Below, in pieces: positions 41,001 through 49,723 of a stretch of 64,000 nucleotides of DNA. Location of the stretch: positions 15,828 through 79,827 of IMG/VR virus record IMGVR_UViG_3300025858_000019; one strand, written 5' to 3'. Made by a program: the position numbers and the translations under genes. Each line of letters opens with the position of its first letter. The first letter of the stretch is position 1. The DNA is from a virus. Taxonomy: Duplodnaviria; Caudoviricetes. A model generated the notes under the pieces. The model was not told where the DNA came from, did not search any database, and was given only the letters and a program-made list of their open reading frames with translations.

Positions 41001-44000
41001 CTTTTGAAGCTCATTATACCAATTCTATAAGTCCAAACTACATTAAGATAGATACGGATATTGACTGGAATGGAAAGAAGTCTTTTGAAATAAAGAACCA
41101 AACGCGGTCCGAGATACAGGAATTTAAAGAAGACTATCTCAATGGTGTTCGTTCTATCTATGCAGGTGGAAAACCAAAAGAAGGATATTCCCGGATGTTG
41201 ATTGGCGGTAATTATAATGGTAAGAGAAACAATATTGTTGCAAATTACAATACGGATAATATTGAAACTTTTGAGATTGGTACTGGCCGTTATAATACCA
41301 ATGAAAAGGAGTATATGTTTCTTCCAAAAAATTCTCCACGATTGATAACTTTTAATGGTAAAAATTTTGAGTTTGTAAAAGAGAATAATAGCACATTAAG
41401 CATTCGTGATATCAGGACAGCATTCCATAATATAAATATGAATGTTCCTGAGTCGGTGATAAAACTTATTCTAAGCGGTAAGAGAAACACCGGCACATCA
41501 AATAACATATTCCTACCTAACAATCAAGATCGTAACAGGGATAGAGGAAAGACAGCCTTAGCCAATCTATTAGGATATATGTATCTCACATTGGCAAACA
41601 ATGCTAATGCTAACAAACCTTTTACCGAAGATATCAAGCGTTATATTGGTAATATTTCTGTTGATAAAGACATCAGCGAAGAGCTTTCGAATATTAATGA
41701 TGAACTAGAGGGTTTAAATAGTGATCTTGCTTTTGGTAGCATGGAGCCACTGGAAGAAGTTCGGAGTAAGCAAAGAATAGAATATCTTGTTTCCTTAAAG
41801 AAAGAGCTGGAAGACACTCCTCAGCTGCTAAATTTTTATAAACAGATAACCGATCTTGCCGAAGTTCATTATCTTGTCAATGCCGGAAGCCGGAGACAAT
41901 ACTTTCGTTCTGTTAATAATGAAAAACACCCAAAGACAGTATTGTCAGATTTTACTTCAAAGATGTTCCGCAGTGGATTAAAAAATGCAAAGGGATATAT
42001 TAATAATGAGATACGTAAAGCAGAAGACAATAATATTGAGTTAGGCAATAACCCTATCATTGAAAATGGAGAAGTCAATGTTCCTATTTTTCACACCAAT
42101 GTAGAAGATGTTATTTTAAGGGAACTCACCGGGAAAAAAGGTCGGTTACGTATCAGGGAAAAAAGTGATTATAATGATCAGGATTATGTTAACGATGCCA
42201 TTGATAGTTTTAATAATTCCATTGAAAAGAATAGTACTCTCAACAGGAATACCAACAAGCGATATAATATTTTTTATGAACCGTACGGTGATAGAAACAA
42301 GATCTCAACATTTAGCCTGATAACGAAGTTAGGTGTTGACAATATCGTTGAATATACAAAAGATGGTATGACTATCAATGATAGTTTTATTAATGACCTG
42401 ATGCAGAAAAGTATTGACTATCGTTTGCAACAGGCAAAGATAGTGTTGGCAAAATATATGGCTTTTGAAAAAGATGGTGTTACTCCATTCTTTCAACAGA
42501 AACATTATTCCAGCAAGATAGCCAATATTGAATATGATCTGGACAAGATCTTTGACCAGTTCAATATCGATGGCAAGCCAGAAGCTATCAGCGCTATCAT
42601 AGAAGATATCAATGATAACATCGCGGGCCAGATGAAGAAGATGAAAATGACTGCAGAAGAATTTGCTATTTATATGCAGACGTTAGGTATCAACGAATTT
42701 ATGGGGTTTTCCGCTGAAAGTGATTTTGTATTAAGGGATATTCAGGTTGGCAATACTATTAAATCTAAAGTATTGGTTGGTAAAGCTGTATTCAATCCTG
42801 AAGATAATATCTTTACATTGGATAATGTTTCTAGCTGGATCAAAGCTAAAAACTTCAGTGGAAAGAATAAGGTAAAGAATATGTCTATTGTCAGGAACTT
42901 TATGTTCATGGAGCAATATAAAGAACTATGTCAATACCTTAAGTCCATTGAACATAAGATGCCTAAAAAAGTAGCTGACGCATATGGTAGTTGGAAGAAC
43001 AAATATATCAAAGTCAGAAAGACAGAAAAGGGCGCTGGTTCTATAGAAAAACAAATAGCCGGGAAAGAAAGTTATGAATGGAATAAGTTCTATGAATCCT
43101 TTATGTATATGACATATCTCTTAAATGATAGTGTCTCTATGCTGACAACCGGTGATGCTACCAGCTTTAAAAATCCATGGGATAAGATGATCAGGAACTC
43201 TCAGGCAGGTGCTGCCATGGGAGTAGCCTTTCAGACAGGAGAAGTCAATACCCTTCCAAGGTATATGCTTGAAACAAGGATAGAAGATACCAAGATAAGC
43301 TATGACCTGGCTTCCTTTCTTACAAACAAACCCTGTAATGAAAAAGAATACAATAGTACCTATTTCGTTAATGTAGTCACAGCTATCTTCATGTCAAACA
43401 GCGTAGGAAATGGTATCATAGATCCTACTAAGGGAGTAATGAAATTAGTAGGCACCGGGATAGATATGAGGACCGGCCGTAACAATACCAGGAAACTTTC
43501 CGTTATGTCCATTAATCATAATGTGGTAAAGAATTTCTCATGGGGTAAACAGGTTCATGATGAGCAACTGGCTTCATTAGGAACTTTTGAAAAGAATGGC
43601 ATGGAATTGTCATTCCTTGATTATTTCTATCAGCAGATGGATAATGGTAGGTCTTTCTATGAAGCAGCACAGGATGTTGCCTATGAGATCATGGAGGTAC
43701 GTAGGAAGAGTAATATGCAGATAGATCCTCTTTCAACTTTTAACAGCATTATCGTTACCGGTGAGGCTATAAAGAACGAGAGGGGTATGCTTAATTATTA
43801 TGCTCCTGATGGAACACAACTTAACATGAAACATCTAAAAGCTCCCGGTACTTATAGTTCTCTTTTAAAGGCTAGTTTTGATATGGAGAATTATATTGTC
43901 CAGCAAGATCCGGTTAACGAGTCGAAAGAAGTTACTATGATGTCGCAAAGCAATGACCAGATAAATTATATCGACAAAGATATTGCCAGGGAAATACATG

Positions 44001-47000
44001 AGGCTAATGCTGAAAAGTCAAGACTTATCATAAAAGATATTGCTAGCAAACTTAATGGCTCCAAGGCATTAAAATTTGCCAGGAGAGAGGCAAGCAGAAA
44101 TATAGAAGATTGGGGTCGAGACACTGAGATGTTGCATATGATCCAATCAGGACTTTCTAATGTCAACCCTGTTATTGCCTATGAACTAATGAAAACTGGT
44201 ATGAGTATGTTCGATCGTGGTGTTCGGATGTCAAGGTATGGTACTAAAAATGTCCAGTTCCCGGGTAATGAGATAAATATCTTCAAGGTTTATGATACAT
44301 ATACTGAGGGTTTCTTTTATGTACAGAATGATGATTTCTATAGTAAATATGATAAAAACCCACGATATAAAAATCTTACTAAGAATGGAGTACAGGAAGG
44401 ATTGAATCATTATAAGATTTATGGCAAGATAAAAAATGATAGTGGCGAAGATGTAGAAGTAGATCTGGAAGAAATGCTAGGTAAGGACAGGGGTGATAGT
44501 ATGGCATATACAAGAGAAGAACTATTGGCTATGGCAACAAGGATTGAACCGGCACAGATAGTAGTTCCAGCTCATGTCTTTGAAAAGTTTATAGAGCCAA
44601 GAGTCTCTAATATCTTTAAAGATTTACCTAAAGATTATACATTAAGTGACTTGTTTACAATACAGATAGATGGTCCTGCCGGTGGGAAGGTAGATGTCAA
44701 TGTGATGTCAATATTTAATAAATATGAAGATCCTCTTGATGCTTTTGATGAACTAAGAAACTTATTGGAAGATTATATCAATGATAAGGAATTATTGAAA
44801 GAATATGAGGAAAATGTGTTGAATTATTTCTGGTCTTTGAATAAGATGTTGAATACTTTCAGTGGCCGTATTCCAGGTACCGCTCCCTCTTCTTATTTTA
44901 TAGGAAAGATTGTAGGTATCGATCATGATGGTGGCCGTATCTATATCCCTTCTAAAAAGAATACACTTGATAACTCCGACTTTGACATTGACCAGTTGAC
45001 AACCTATCTCTACGATATTATCAACGATAACGATATGTTATACATTGAGGGAGATAGTGACAATGCGGAGATGAAGATATTATTGATAGATAATGATAAC
45101 CTTACCAGGTTACATAAAATGTATTCAGATCCGAAGAATCTTGTAAAGATATTATCACCTGTAGCTGTAAGTCCAGAACTTAAAGAAAAGATAAAAGAAG
45201 AAAAAGCTGGAAAAGCTTATTTTGCTAATGATATTCGTACCGGAGCCAAAGTATTCTATGAGTCACATCTAGGAAAGGAGTTGGTATCACATTTTGCTTC
45301 GTCGATGTCAGCAGTTTTGAGAACCTTACAAATGCAAAAGGCAGAAGATTTTCCTGCATTGCTATACAATGATAGTGACATACAGGAACGTTTGTCAGTG
45401 ATATTACAAAGCATAACACAGACTCTTCAGCTGTCAGTTGATAATGCAAAGCATGCTGGACTGGAGGGATTAGGTATCAATCAGGAAACGTCAAGCCTTG
45501 TAATAGCTCTAACTGTCAGCGCCTATAATATCAATAACATTGCTGAGATGCTGAATAACCCCTATGTAAAATCTGTAATAAGAAAGATTTCAAACAGCAG
45601 AGATCCCAATAGTGTACAACTGAACATTGCTGAAGAATTTTCCATGGCAAAAGAAAACATTGAAAAGAATGCCGATGAAGATGTTTTTGCTGAAAGAATG
45701 GAAAAAGAAAAGGTTGCCGTAGAAGAGAAACTTGCATATTTCAAATCCAGAAAAGAACAACTCACAATAGTACAAGATGATGAAAGTTCTTTTGAGACAG
45801 CTTATAACACCCTTGATGTATTAGATATGCTTGAACAGGCCGATATCGACGCTGAACGTTATGGCATTGAACCTAATGAGGGGTATGAAAAGTTGAAGAA
45901 GGAAATCAAAGAAGAAATTAAAAATAGTAACTTCGAACAGAAGAAGGAAAAATATCTTAAGAAATTCTTTGACCGCTGGATCCGTTATTATTCAGAACGT
46001 CTTAATGATAAAAATTGGCAGACTTATGTCGATGAGTCATGGAGTAAGATAGATAATTCACGTAAGGCTATTAATACTATACAGGAAGCTATATGGTTAT
46101 CAGCAGGCATCAGGAACTTTTCTACAGTATTATCTGTAAAAGATAGCACAGAACCCGGAGCATGGCCTATGTTTCAAAAATTAAGAAATATAGAAAAAGC
46201 TTTGAATGTAACTTTAAAAGGTTTCTTGTCCGGACAGGATTATGATCCTAAAGTATCGGAGATGAACCTTCGTTATATGGAAGCTAAAAAATTGAGTGCC
46301 AAGTCTTATGTTGATGTTACACAAAAACAAATCAATAATGACATTACGAAAGTCTTTCCAATACTTTCCAGATACAATTTAAATCTTACCGGACAACCTG
46401 GTGTATCGTCAGCTATATTAAAACAAGCATTGAAGACCAACATTCCAGTAAAAATATTCATGGGTAAAGGTTATTTAAGAAAAGATCTACAGGGTAATAA
46501 TATCTATTCCGGAGAACATTTAGGTTCATTGGCGGATATGCATGAAGATGTTGACAATATCAGCAACATAGAAAATTTGAAGTCAAAGATCGTTCTCGTC
46601 GATGGAAAATATAAAGCTCCTGTTTCTGAAGGTATCAAAAATTCAGATATTGTCGTGAACTTTTATTCCGAAGACTCATTTGAAAAAAAATGGGCTTATA
46701 AGAATAAGAGAGTGGTGGATATCAATATTAAAGATGGTTTTGGTAAGATCGCTGAAACACTTCAGAGAGAACTGGACAAGGCGGTAGAAGAATATAAATC
46801 TATTGTTCCTAATAAAGAACCGACTATATTTATCAATACAGAGTTCATCACCACGACCAATCGTATAAAGAAATCTCAATATGAGATACACAAAGAACTT
46901 AATGATAAAGCTATGGAACAGCTTAATGTTCCGGCACTGGTAAGAGCTAATCCTGATATCATGCAATATGTAAAAATATTCGACATGAAGATCGACTATC

Positions 47001-49723
47001 TACAAAATAACTTCTTTGTCTATTCTAAACCGGCTATGGCTATGTATGAAAGAACTTTCAACATGATAGGACAGAACTTTGCCTATAATGAAAAGCAATT
47101 TATACATACTACTAGCGGACTACAAAGAGCTTCTTTGTTATATGCACTCAGAAAACTTTCAGATGAAGGATTGAGACTTAATATTTTTGATTATACCGAT
47201 AGTGCTACCAATGAAGTTCTACAGAACATTGATCCGGCCAATATACAACACTTAGAATATTTTCATCTCAAATTTCCTGATTATATCAAAGCCTTAAAAC
47301 AAAGTAATGAGGCTATCAATAATAAACTTTTCCAACGTCTCTCTGTCACTTCTAAGGGTGTCATAGCATTTGAAGATACCGATCTCACTCCGGAACTGGA
47401 AGAGATGTATTCAAATGAATTTAAAGAATTGCAACGCACCAATGGTAACCTTGCTAAGAATCTTGCTTTTTATACATTACTTCATTATGGTTATGAATAT
47501 AGTCCAGGTAGTTTAAGGAAATTTATGGGTGATGAATATTGGAAACTTATTGATAAGCATATGGGAAGTTTTTCCGACAAAGTAATGAATGATGCAGAAT
47601 TTCAAAAGAATATGCTGAATATTATGCCTTTGAATATCATCATAGAAGATAATAGTTTTAATCCTATGTTGCTTCACCGTAAGAAAAAAGACGAGACATT
47701 ACAGGATCTTATGAGTCGCGGACAGGAGATGTATTTAAGGAAACGTTCTCTCCCGGGCAAAAAACTTAATGAGGTTGTCAGGATCGTCGATAATGGAAAA
47801 GAGTTAACAGAAGAGATATTAGGCAATGTTTATCCTAACTATCTGAAAGTAATGCAATATGATGAGAGCAGCGCCAAAAAACTTTATAATGAAAGTGAGA
47901 TAGAAAAAGACGAAAGAGGAAATATTAAGGCTTTCGTTCCTGAGATCGTACATCCTACAGAACCAAGCCAGATGGATCAGCTTTATAAAGATGGCACTAT
48001 TACAAAAACATTTTATAGTGGTCATTCATATATCAAAGGACAGCCGGTATATTTCTTAGGATTAAAAGGTAAGATAGTAGAAGTTATGAGGGAATCAATC
48101 AAGATGCAGATCGATGATAATGAGTCTCTATCTTCCCGGGCCGACGAAGATGTTTATGAATTCAGACAAGGTGTGGTTCAGTTTATGAACATGCTTTCTA
48201 ATAAAGCCAATGAAGAATTTATGTTAGATCGTAAAAATTTCAATAGGCTTAAATTAGATGAAGCCGATGTTCTGACTTTTAATGACAATCTTTTTAATAA
48301 GGCACAACTTGTTTCAGTTATCACTCCGGCATTATTGAAAGTTTATAAGCATGCTGAACTTGATGAATTTGTGGAAAAGAATCGCCAATATATAAAATCT
48401 AAGCTAGGACCTAAAACTGATCTTCAGATTAAAACAATCCTGATGTCGGCACTCAATTCAAAAGATATTATGAATGTTTTTGATGTCATAGGTTTTAGTT
48501 CTGAGGCTATCAGTGTTGTCAATGATACATGGAAGTCATTGTTGAAAGGTCTCTATAAAACAGCATTAGGCAAGATTGAGAAAGGCAAGATGAAGGAATT
48601 AGAAGAACAGGGATATCTATCACAGAAGATAAAACTAAGTTCGCTGATTTCAAACATCATGGCTATCGGAATGGTGTCAGAGACATTACACGAAGATCTT
48701 GTTGGCATTCCTGATTTTAGAGCTACCCGAGGAGTTAAAAAAGAACAGGGAATACCTACTCATATCCTTCCGGATGCTTTTGCAGAATATCTATCATTGC
48801 CAGCAACTGAATTAGCAACAAAGGAATTTTCCAGCTCTTATATTAAAGGTTATGGTTCTATAAAAGAGGGAATGACAAAAAACATTGTTGACGAACAGAA
48901 CAATGTTCTTACTACTATTTATATCACTGGCAGAAAAGAAGTTGTCGATCATGGTCAGACAAGTTATTTGTTTACTTTCAAATTCTTGCAGGATGTAAAA
49001 AGTAAGGCACTTAATGATATCGTTACGGTATCTGAAGATCAGCAGTCTTATATAGTGAATGGTGTCGAATATCGTCGTGTGACAGCTGATATCTATAAAA
49101 AAGAAGATTATGAGGGTGTTGATATTGACTATTCATTTATTGGTACACAGTTAAGCCTAATGTCGGAATATACTATCACAGGAGAACAACCTATAGGTTT
49201 ACATAAAGAGTTATTTGCTCATGGCACCATGAGTCAGTTCTTTACCAGTGATGACACCAAATTGATAGATCATCTTAATGACCAGATAACAAAACAGATG
49301 AAATATTCTAAGACTCCCGACATAAAATATTATGCTGAAGTACAGGTATTAGATCAGCAGAATAAAAAGGGAGGAAAAATAGATATCTTGGCTATTATTA
49401 ATGAAGGTACTACAGAAGAAAAGGCTATTATTATTGATATTAAATCTTCAAAACATAGCTATAATGATATCAATGCTGAAACAAAAAATAAACATCTTCA
49501 GCAGTTACAGGAATACGTAAGAATAGTAGGTTCTAATAATGGCTTTACAAAATCTATGGAAGTTGTTGGCGCGTTCATTATGCCAATACAATATACCAGG
49601 AACGATAATTCTAAACCGGCACATGTTATTAAAACGGTGAAAGGTGGAGAAAAGATTATCGTAAAAGATCAGATTACAAATATTACTTTTGAAGATATGG
49701 TTAACAAACAAAATTTGTGCTAA
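32057..49723 (+). CDS. giant virion polyprotein: SF1 helicase + zincin + crAss-type DNA-dependent RNA polymerase + PD-(D/E)xK nuclease
   Basis: 5888 aa. GPAGTGKS at 36734, IIDE at ~36971, TGDVFQ at 37061, YTAASRA at ~37612; HEAVH at 39611; RIPG and DFDID at 44978-44992; KID..IIDIK..QLQEY at 49379-49516. Confidence 0.88.
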   Translation: MEDNTPKGNEPKYYDMIGLSGDGLTVQDIAKNLKGNEFVKLRPISEYTKPANVDDNTWQTIYDSYQDQANFINYNKNVAHQEKTYWDKKNEARGWAQYLPKSVLYPTNERDNFYTSAYEGHKPILSQDDMATFSGKYYTYNPVQEQLEPHDLTWTERFIKPILGDKLVIKHDDAGNPFVLKTSATDFLQGDNMLSIWGNQDLYNESWLAPVYKFFSGALFNSGQAFHQMSQISGMLTNKVLAPLMEMGLNIEGANDKTKQKILGNYGSKTMPESTRGIFNISGDHAEGTQQHFLSEGTKKGMLDALPAWDNYWVNFWEQLKYEASEDTEQKGWWGSGWSFTNNMAGMIGEMVPQMVAAFFTGGGSAVATVGAKQLVKEGVEQGIKAGVKKGAASWLYKEMLKAPSMAIGTMQAVNGVVRSAHQNGLSPDDAAIVGGLSIPMVYASESLLGSKYLEAVMGREFGAVATASVVKNFGKATTGSMNEKIVSEGMKKSIAEMGIDNVKAMLKTDKGTTMFMSRLSKNISTVIGNRFVKGSLYEGAQEATEETGYGMVEVLYDKWMADKDAVPGQGKYGTRIFSEEFGSRLLDNFAAGAIGGGFFSAMGVGKDQIADYKLKKKYGKNFKTLEQKAKDEYVDSAIFGNQFDILKENAIFGWHKGLSKDAFETLDKPVVIPDDKFESWGLKQGTELKTKGDLYHYIFAMNAETRKQVLENLPVELRNPEFTSKYVGAPEVIKGAFDIATGMADVATLIQEIERDPDISEDKKAKKIEELKQNFENKKSAMSYFTDDYVDAQGTKHDHSKAYYDLLTTNALAIANNKTRLKKTEADEIIADINNKSGDFQTFKAELQKQFDSKQKISGTIQDVMSKSSGFMKSLGDIESIAKEIDDTTIQMNRLPDGDKKLSSLAGKKNKLFKKISGQLSAIDTKVMAEVTASLGELNKIIGEQGLNKEGVETDNIVSLSNISGTIDNIKNSIRRDSEQSEEDYLASPDITALEKKGYQSLSEVSKNISQAVGDLINNNPHVQDILTVRSLGQKNSKFMTTEEQESLKYAKGRIEERSAAERPFNLEEMLIKLITLGDKLNDLEGKNYLKSFYEHLNKNDEAQKQLEDIRKDYKKIIEEYVLPITELVRNYKTKNIAPGTPEAAFLMRAKTFIGEIDNKLNALYGQNVSDDALLEQQIADISNEIDKNSKLLRSIEAISSIKSKNNVPDDIISLHPELQLTENEKDLHNAILSSFRNDLQNSREFHKVNSVTKYNREFQKKKADIIGQVLKFELANQMDNQDFFTYLMKNKALYDMYVRVPDLVKDLEQNKDVDKIDEYYNVMVNVQEAFFRYVKENGGSKKLEALNDNVTRKVNEFWLSYLQDNRTNQSYDVKATSQNVITPFSKYDNYINTIVDILRPLGVTNAQQLFFDDAIMIKYLDYIKSVGENDKVSGLDYGKLQQGLMVYMLNSMQSFINTMGTSSSLKYHDLISNKAEDEYLSYTQNMVMRHVYSVLDGDKAYYSGDYPLENKSMSVPMAQGFPHVDPNTQDIDARRWHKQPNNTNSDEIKFMNGILIPGPAGTGKSFLLSKIVRMIRKMATAKQNRILIIAPTNEMAEGIYAGSKNANETEKDKLIPDFMTLNELYEKGVSKQYDYIIIDEVARYREDKKLVFAEYVYANPNTKFIFTGDVFQATDPTSEEFKKKDEMSVVPQEWVPHTTPIDESFRTDIDQVHNYLNMLYRSFTPTISVSLKPITTYHDSSNSMGVRQYASPQIIIENWRKDSEESVLIFSSRSEAFEFYKNNPELSPASLRNIRFIYAIDKDGVEEELNDPKNAGQFKEFDNKTIQGEQKDNVYVAIEKPETMMELSIFYTAASRAKRFIAVPGNKSVEDATSIIDYADNNSSGKKTEAEQGDIMAERFNKMLLSIEDLNNTSKVIAKPKEKAEPKQETPETQQEETEAEEEKTEPVKVEKKVKEPKKNKGVKIIKGDEIVNISESVIDKNEDASEIEQPTAKVPGDNTALRFADGQATLGGFVIPYDAKFVGKTGDQILGTQEYKNLAAERYNKLKQHLLNPNENLKFVLKDADMMELDPETQTYKRNKKMKMLVLTDGLIDYAIYYQPVLKDENTIDDLTKENKGKIIKKYTKDDSPNFKALNEWNVHLASMWTDQSVKIRSIEYGRPNVRYEYTIEEDKKKYTTRFFSELMDEVSGKNLHVLIQDNSFKLLSKGNYEKALIKKDIINGFPHTFITIRDVVTNKTSIVDVTNRTVTNSDLKGYLTALSQVTKLSELNESQAFQFILQNAKRIRNFYGEKFFKDHFDIKSTSTATYVFIKSETKSPEEQLVEKIGHIKQIFQYISKDLDKQRALFVPFRVDQRGEKVIDTDINKFLTRSTSIEQPNIYVSFQDNIKQEPKSKGLSSVPFMNKREDTKIVYDLQAQKDYYERVFGKQSVAKERFSISSKNILSLVNADERVDELIANGEVVRDGDSYAYDGKKYTKEELQQQFYVNLDETYMGLVRGLSTYLQEIDGGIAKNATKHEAVHIAFNLLNKKERGYLLREAKAQMHADEGIDVNNISNYDAEEYIAELNEGRKKIINTKVKSANIVTRILNWLKNLFDAVRNYYYTPVTFLNDLNEGKFINRYNDLLAIQNNEVHGMGDRIPFTKEMLDASGYIPAVTTKKKGMLNTTELVRELGGTTILNHVRAQIARKMRSYSAYSTIKDINESPYQDLNITQSINAARTELNIQLEEMILLGERSGAKLFTKDGDRIVYHKIRDYENIIVPEGETEEKFKNTLLTYQAVHKTINNDRIMKSVLHTLNIKYDTNENSQREAFAGFNWSSTMEQYKYMDPDLKTLMTTIPYYTWRVSKDGVISINENDSMNYHYDFARMMDVNVLNNALLSVAKDTIEIMQNTPGKFMDIFFEVLLDKIALSTIKGEVVTDVTPNILLSFYNDFGRSYLEDRNHVGLHNILSVIQNKFDTAKIVSEIEKKRFYIIKNMITSFEAHYTNSISPNYIKIDTDIDWNGKKSFEIKNQTRSEIQEFKEDYLNGVRSIYAGGKPKEGYSRMLIGGNYNGKRNNIVANYNTDNIETFEIGTGRYNTNEKEYMFLPKNSPRLITFNGKNFEFVKENNSTLSIRDIRTAFHNINMNVPESVIKLILSGKRNTGTSNNIFLPNNQDRNRDRGKTALANLLGYMYLTLANNANANKPFTEDIKRYIGNISVDKDISEELSNINDELEGLNSDLAFGSMEPLEEVRSKQRIEYLVSLKKELEDTPQLLNFYKQITDLAEVHYLVNAGSRRQYFRSVNNEKHPKTVLSDFTSKMFRSGLKNAKGYINNEIRKAEDNNIELGNNPIIENGEVNVPIFHTNVEDVILRELTGKKGRLRIREKSDYNDQDYVNDAIDSFNNSIEKNSTLNRNTNKRYNIFYEPYGDRNKISTFSLITKLGVDNIVEYTKDGMTINDSFINDLMQKSIDYRLQQAKIVLAKYMAFEKDGVTPFFQQKHYSSKIANIEYDLDKIFDQFNIDGKPEAISAIIEDINDNIAGQMKKMKMTAEEFAIYMQTLGINEFMGFSAESDFVLRDIQVGNTIKSKVLVGKAVFNPEDNIFTLDNVSSWIKAKNFSGKNKVKNMSIVRNFMFMEQYKELCQYLKSIEHKMPKKVADAYGSWKNKYIKVRKTEKGAGSIEKQIAGKESYEWNKFYESFMYMTYLLNDSVSMLTTGDATSFKNPWDKMIRNSQAGAAMGVAFQTGEVNTLPRYMLETRIEDTKISYDLASFLTNKPCNEKEYNSTYFVNVVTAIFMSNSVGNGIIDPTKGVMKLVGTGIDMRTGRNNTRKLSVMSINHNVVKNFSWGKQVHDEQLASLGTFEKNGMELSFLDYFYQQMDNGRSFYEAAQDVAYEIMEVRRKSNMQIDPLSTFNSIIVTGEAIKNERGMLNYYAPDGTQLNMKHLKAPGTYSSLLKASFDMENYIVQQDPVNESKEVTMMSQSNDQINYIDKDIAREIHEANAEKSRLIIKDIASKLNGSKALKFARREASRNIEDWGRDTEMLHMIQSGLSNVNPVIAYELMKTGMSMFDRGVRMSRYGTKNVQFPGNEINIFKVYDTYTEGFFYVQNDDFYSKYDKNPRYKNLTKNGVQEGLNHYKIYGKIKNDSGEDVEVDLEEMLGKDRGDSMAYTREELLAMATRIEPAQIVVPAHVFEKFIEPRVSNIFKDLPKDYTLSDLFTIQIDGPAGGKVDVNVMSIFNKYEDPLDAFDELRNLLEDYINDKELLKEYEENVLNYFWSLNKMLNTFSGRIPGTAPSSYFIGKIVGIDHDGGRIYIPSKKNTLDNSDFDIDQLTTYLYDIINDNDMLYIEGDSDNAEMKILLIDNDNLTRLHKMYSDPKNLVKILSPVAVSPELKEKIKEEKAGKAYFANDIRTGAKVFYESHLGKELVSHFASSMSAVLRTLQMQKAEDFPALLYNDSDIQERLSVILQSITQTLQLSVDNAKHAGLEGLGINQETSSLVIALTVSAYNINNIAEMLNNPYVKSVIRKISNSRDPNSVQLNIAEEFSMAKENIEKNADEDVFAERMEKEKVAVEEKLAYFKSRKEQLTIVQDDESSFETAYNTLDVLDMLEQADIDAERYGIEPNEGYEKLKKEIKEEIKNSNFEQKKEKYLKKFFDRWIRYYSERLNDKNWQTYVDESWSKIDNSRKAINTIQEAIWLSAGIRNFSTVLSVKDSTEPGAWPMFQKLRNIEKALNVTLKGFLSGQDYDPKVSEMNLRYMEAKKLSAKSYVDVTQKQINNDITKVFPILSRYNLNLTGQPGVSSAILKQALKTNIPVKIFMGKGYLRKDLQGNNIYSGEHLGSLADMHEDVDNISNIENLKSKIVLVDGKYKAPVSEGIKNSDIVVNFYSEDSFEKKWAYKNKRVVDINIKDGFGKIAETLQRELDKAVEEYKSIVPNKEPTIFINTEFITTTNRIKKSQYEIHKELNDKAMEQLNVPALVRANPDIMQYVKIFDMKIDYLQNNFFVYSKPAMAMYERTFNMIGQNFAYNEKQFIHTTSGLQRASLLYALRKLSDEGLRLNIFDYTDSATNEVLQNIDPANIQHLEYFHLKFPDYIKALKQSNEAINNKLFQRLSVTSKGVIAFEDTDLTPELEEMYSNEFKELQRTNGNLAKNLAFYTLLHYGYEYSPGSLRKFMGDEYWKLIDKHMGSFSDKVMNDAEFQKNMLNIMPLNIIIEDNSFNPMLLHRKKKDETLQDLMSRGQEMYLRKRSLPGKKLNEVVRIVDNGKELTEEILGNVYPNYLKVMQYDESSAKKLYNESEIEKDERGNIKAFVPEIVHPTEPSQMDQLYKDGTITKTFYSGHSYIKGQPVYFLGLKGKIVEVMRESIKMQIDDNESLSSRADEDVYEFRQGVVQFMNMLSNKANEEFMLDRKNFNRLKLDEADVLTFNDNLFNKAQLVSVITPALLKVYKHAELDEFVEKNRQYIKSKLGPKTDLQIKTILMSALNSKDIMNVFDVIGFSSEAISVVNDTWKSLLKGLYKTALGKIEKGKMKELEEQGYLSQKIKLSSLISNIMAIGMVSETLHEDLVGIPDFRATRGVKKEQGIPTHILPDAFAEYLSLPATELATKEFSSSYIKGYGSIKEGMTKNIVDEQNNVLTTIYITGRKEVVDHGQTSYLFTFKFLQDVKSKALNDIVTVSEDQQSYIVNGVEYRRVTADIYKKEDYEGVDIDYSFIGTQLSLMSEYTITGEQPIGLHKELFAHGTMSQFFTSDDTKLIDHLNDQITKQMKYSKTPDIKYYAEVQVLDQQNKKGGKIDILAIINEGTTEEKAIIIDIKSSKHSYNDINAETKNKHLQQLQEYVRIVGSNNGFTKSMEVVGAFIMPIQYTRNDNSKPAHVIKTVKGGEKIIVKDQITNITFEDMVNKQNLC

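Noticed and set aside
43300-43520. Possible loss of a conserved beta-side Asp in the RNAP (EYNSTY where a DG/DA-type motif might be expected)
   Set aside because: The register cannot be assigned without an alignment, and the DFDID triad is intact, so inactivity is not claimed.
48700-48990. Possible ASCH/PUA-like RNA-binding domain in the polyprotein (FRATRG...GMTKNIVDEQNNVLTTIYITG)
   Set aside because: The resemblance covers only a few residues and is too weak without a profile search.
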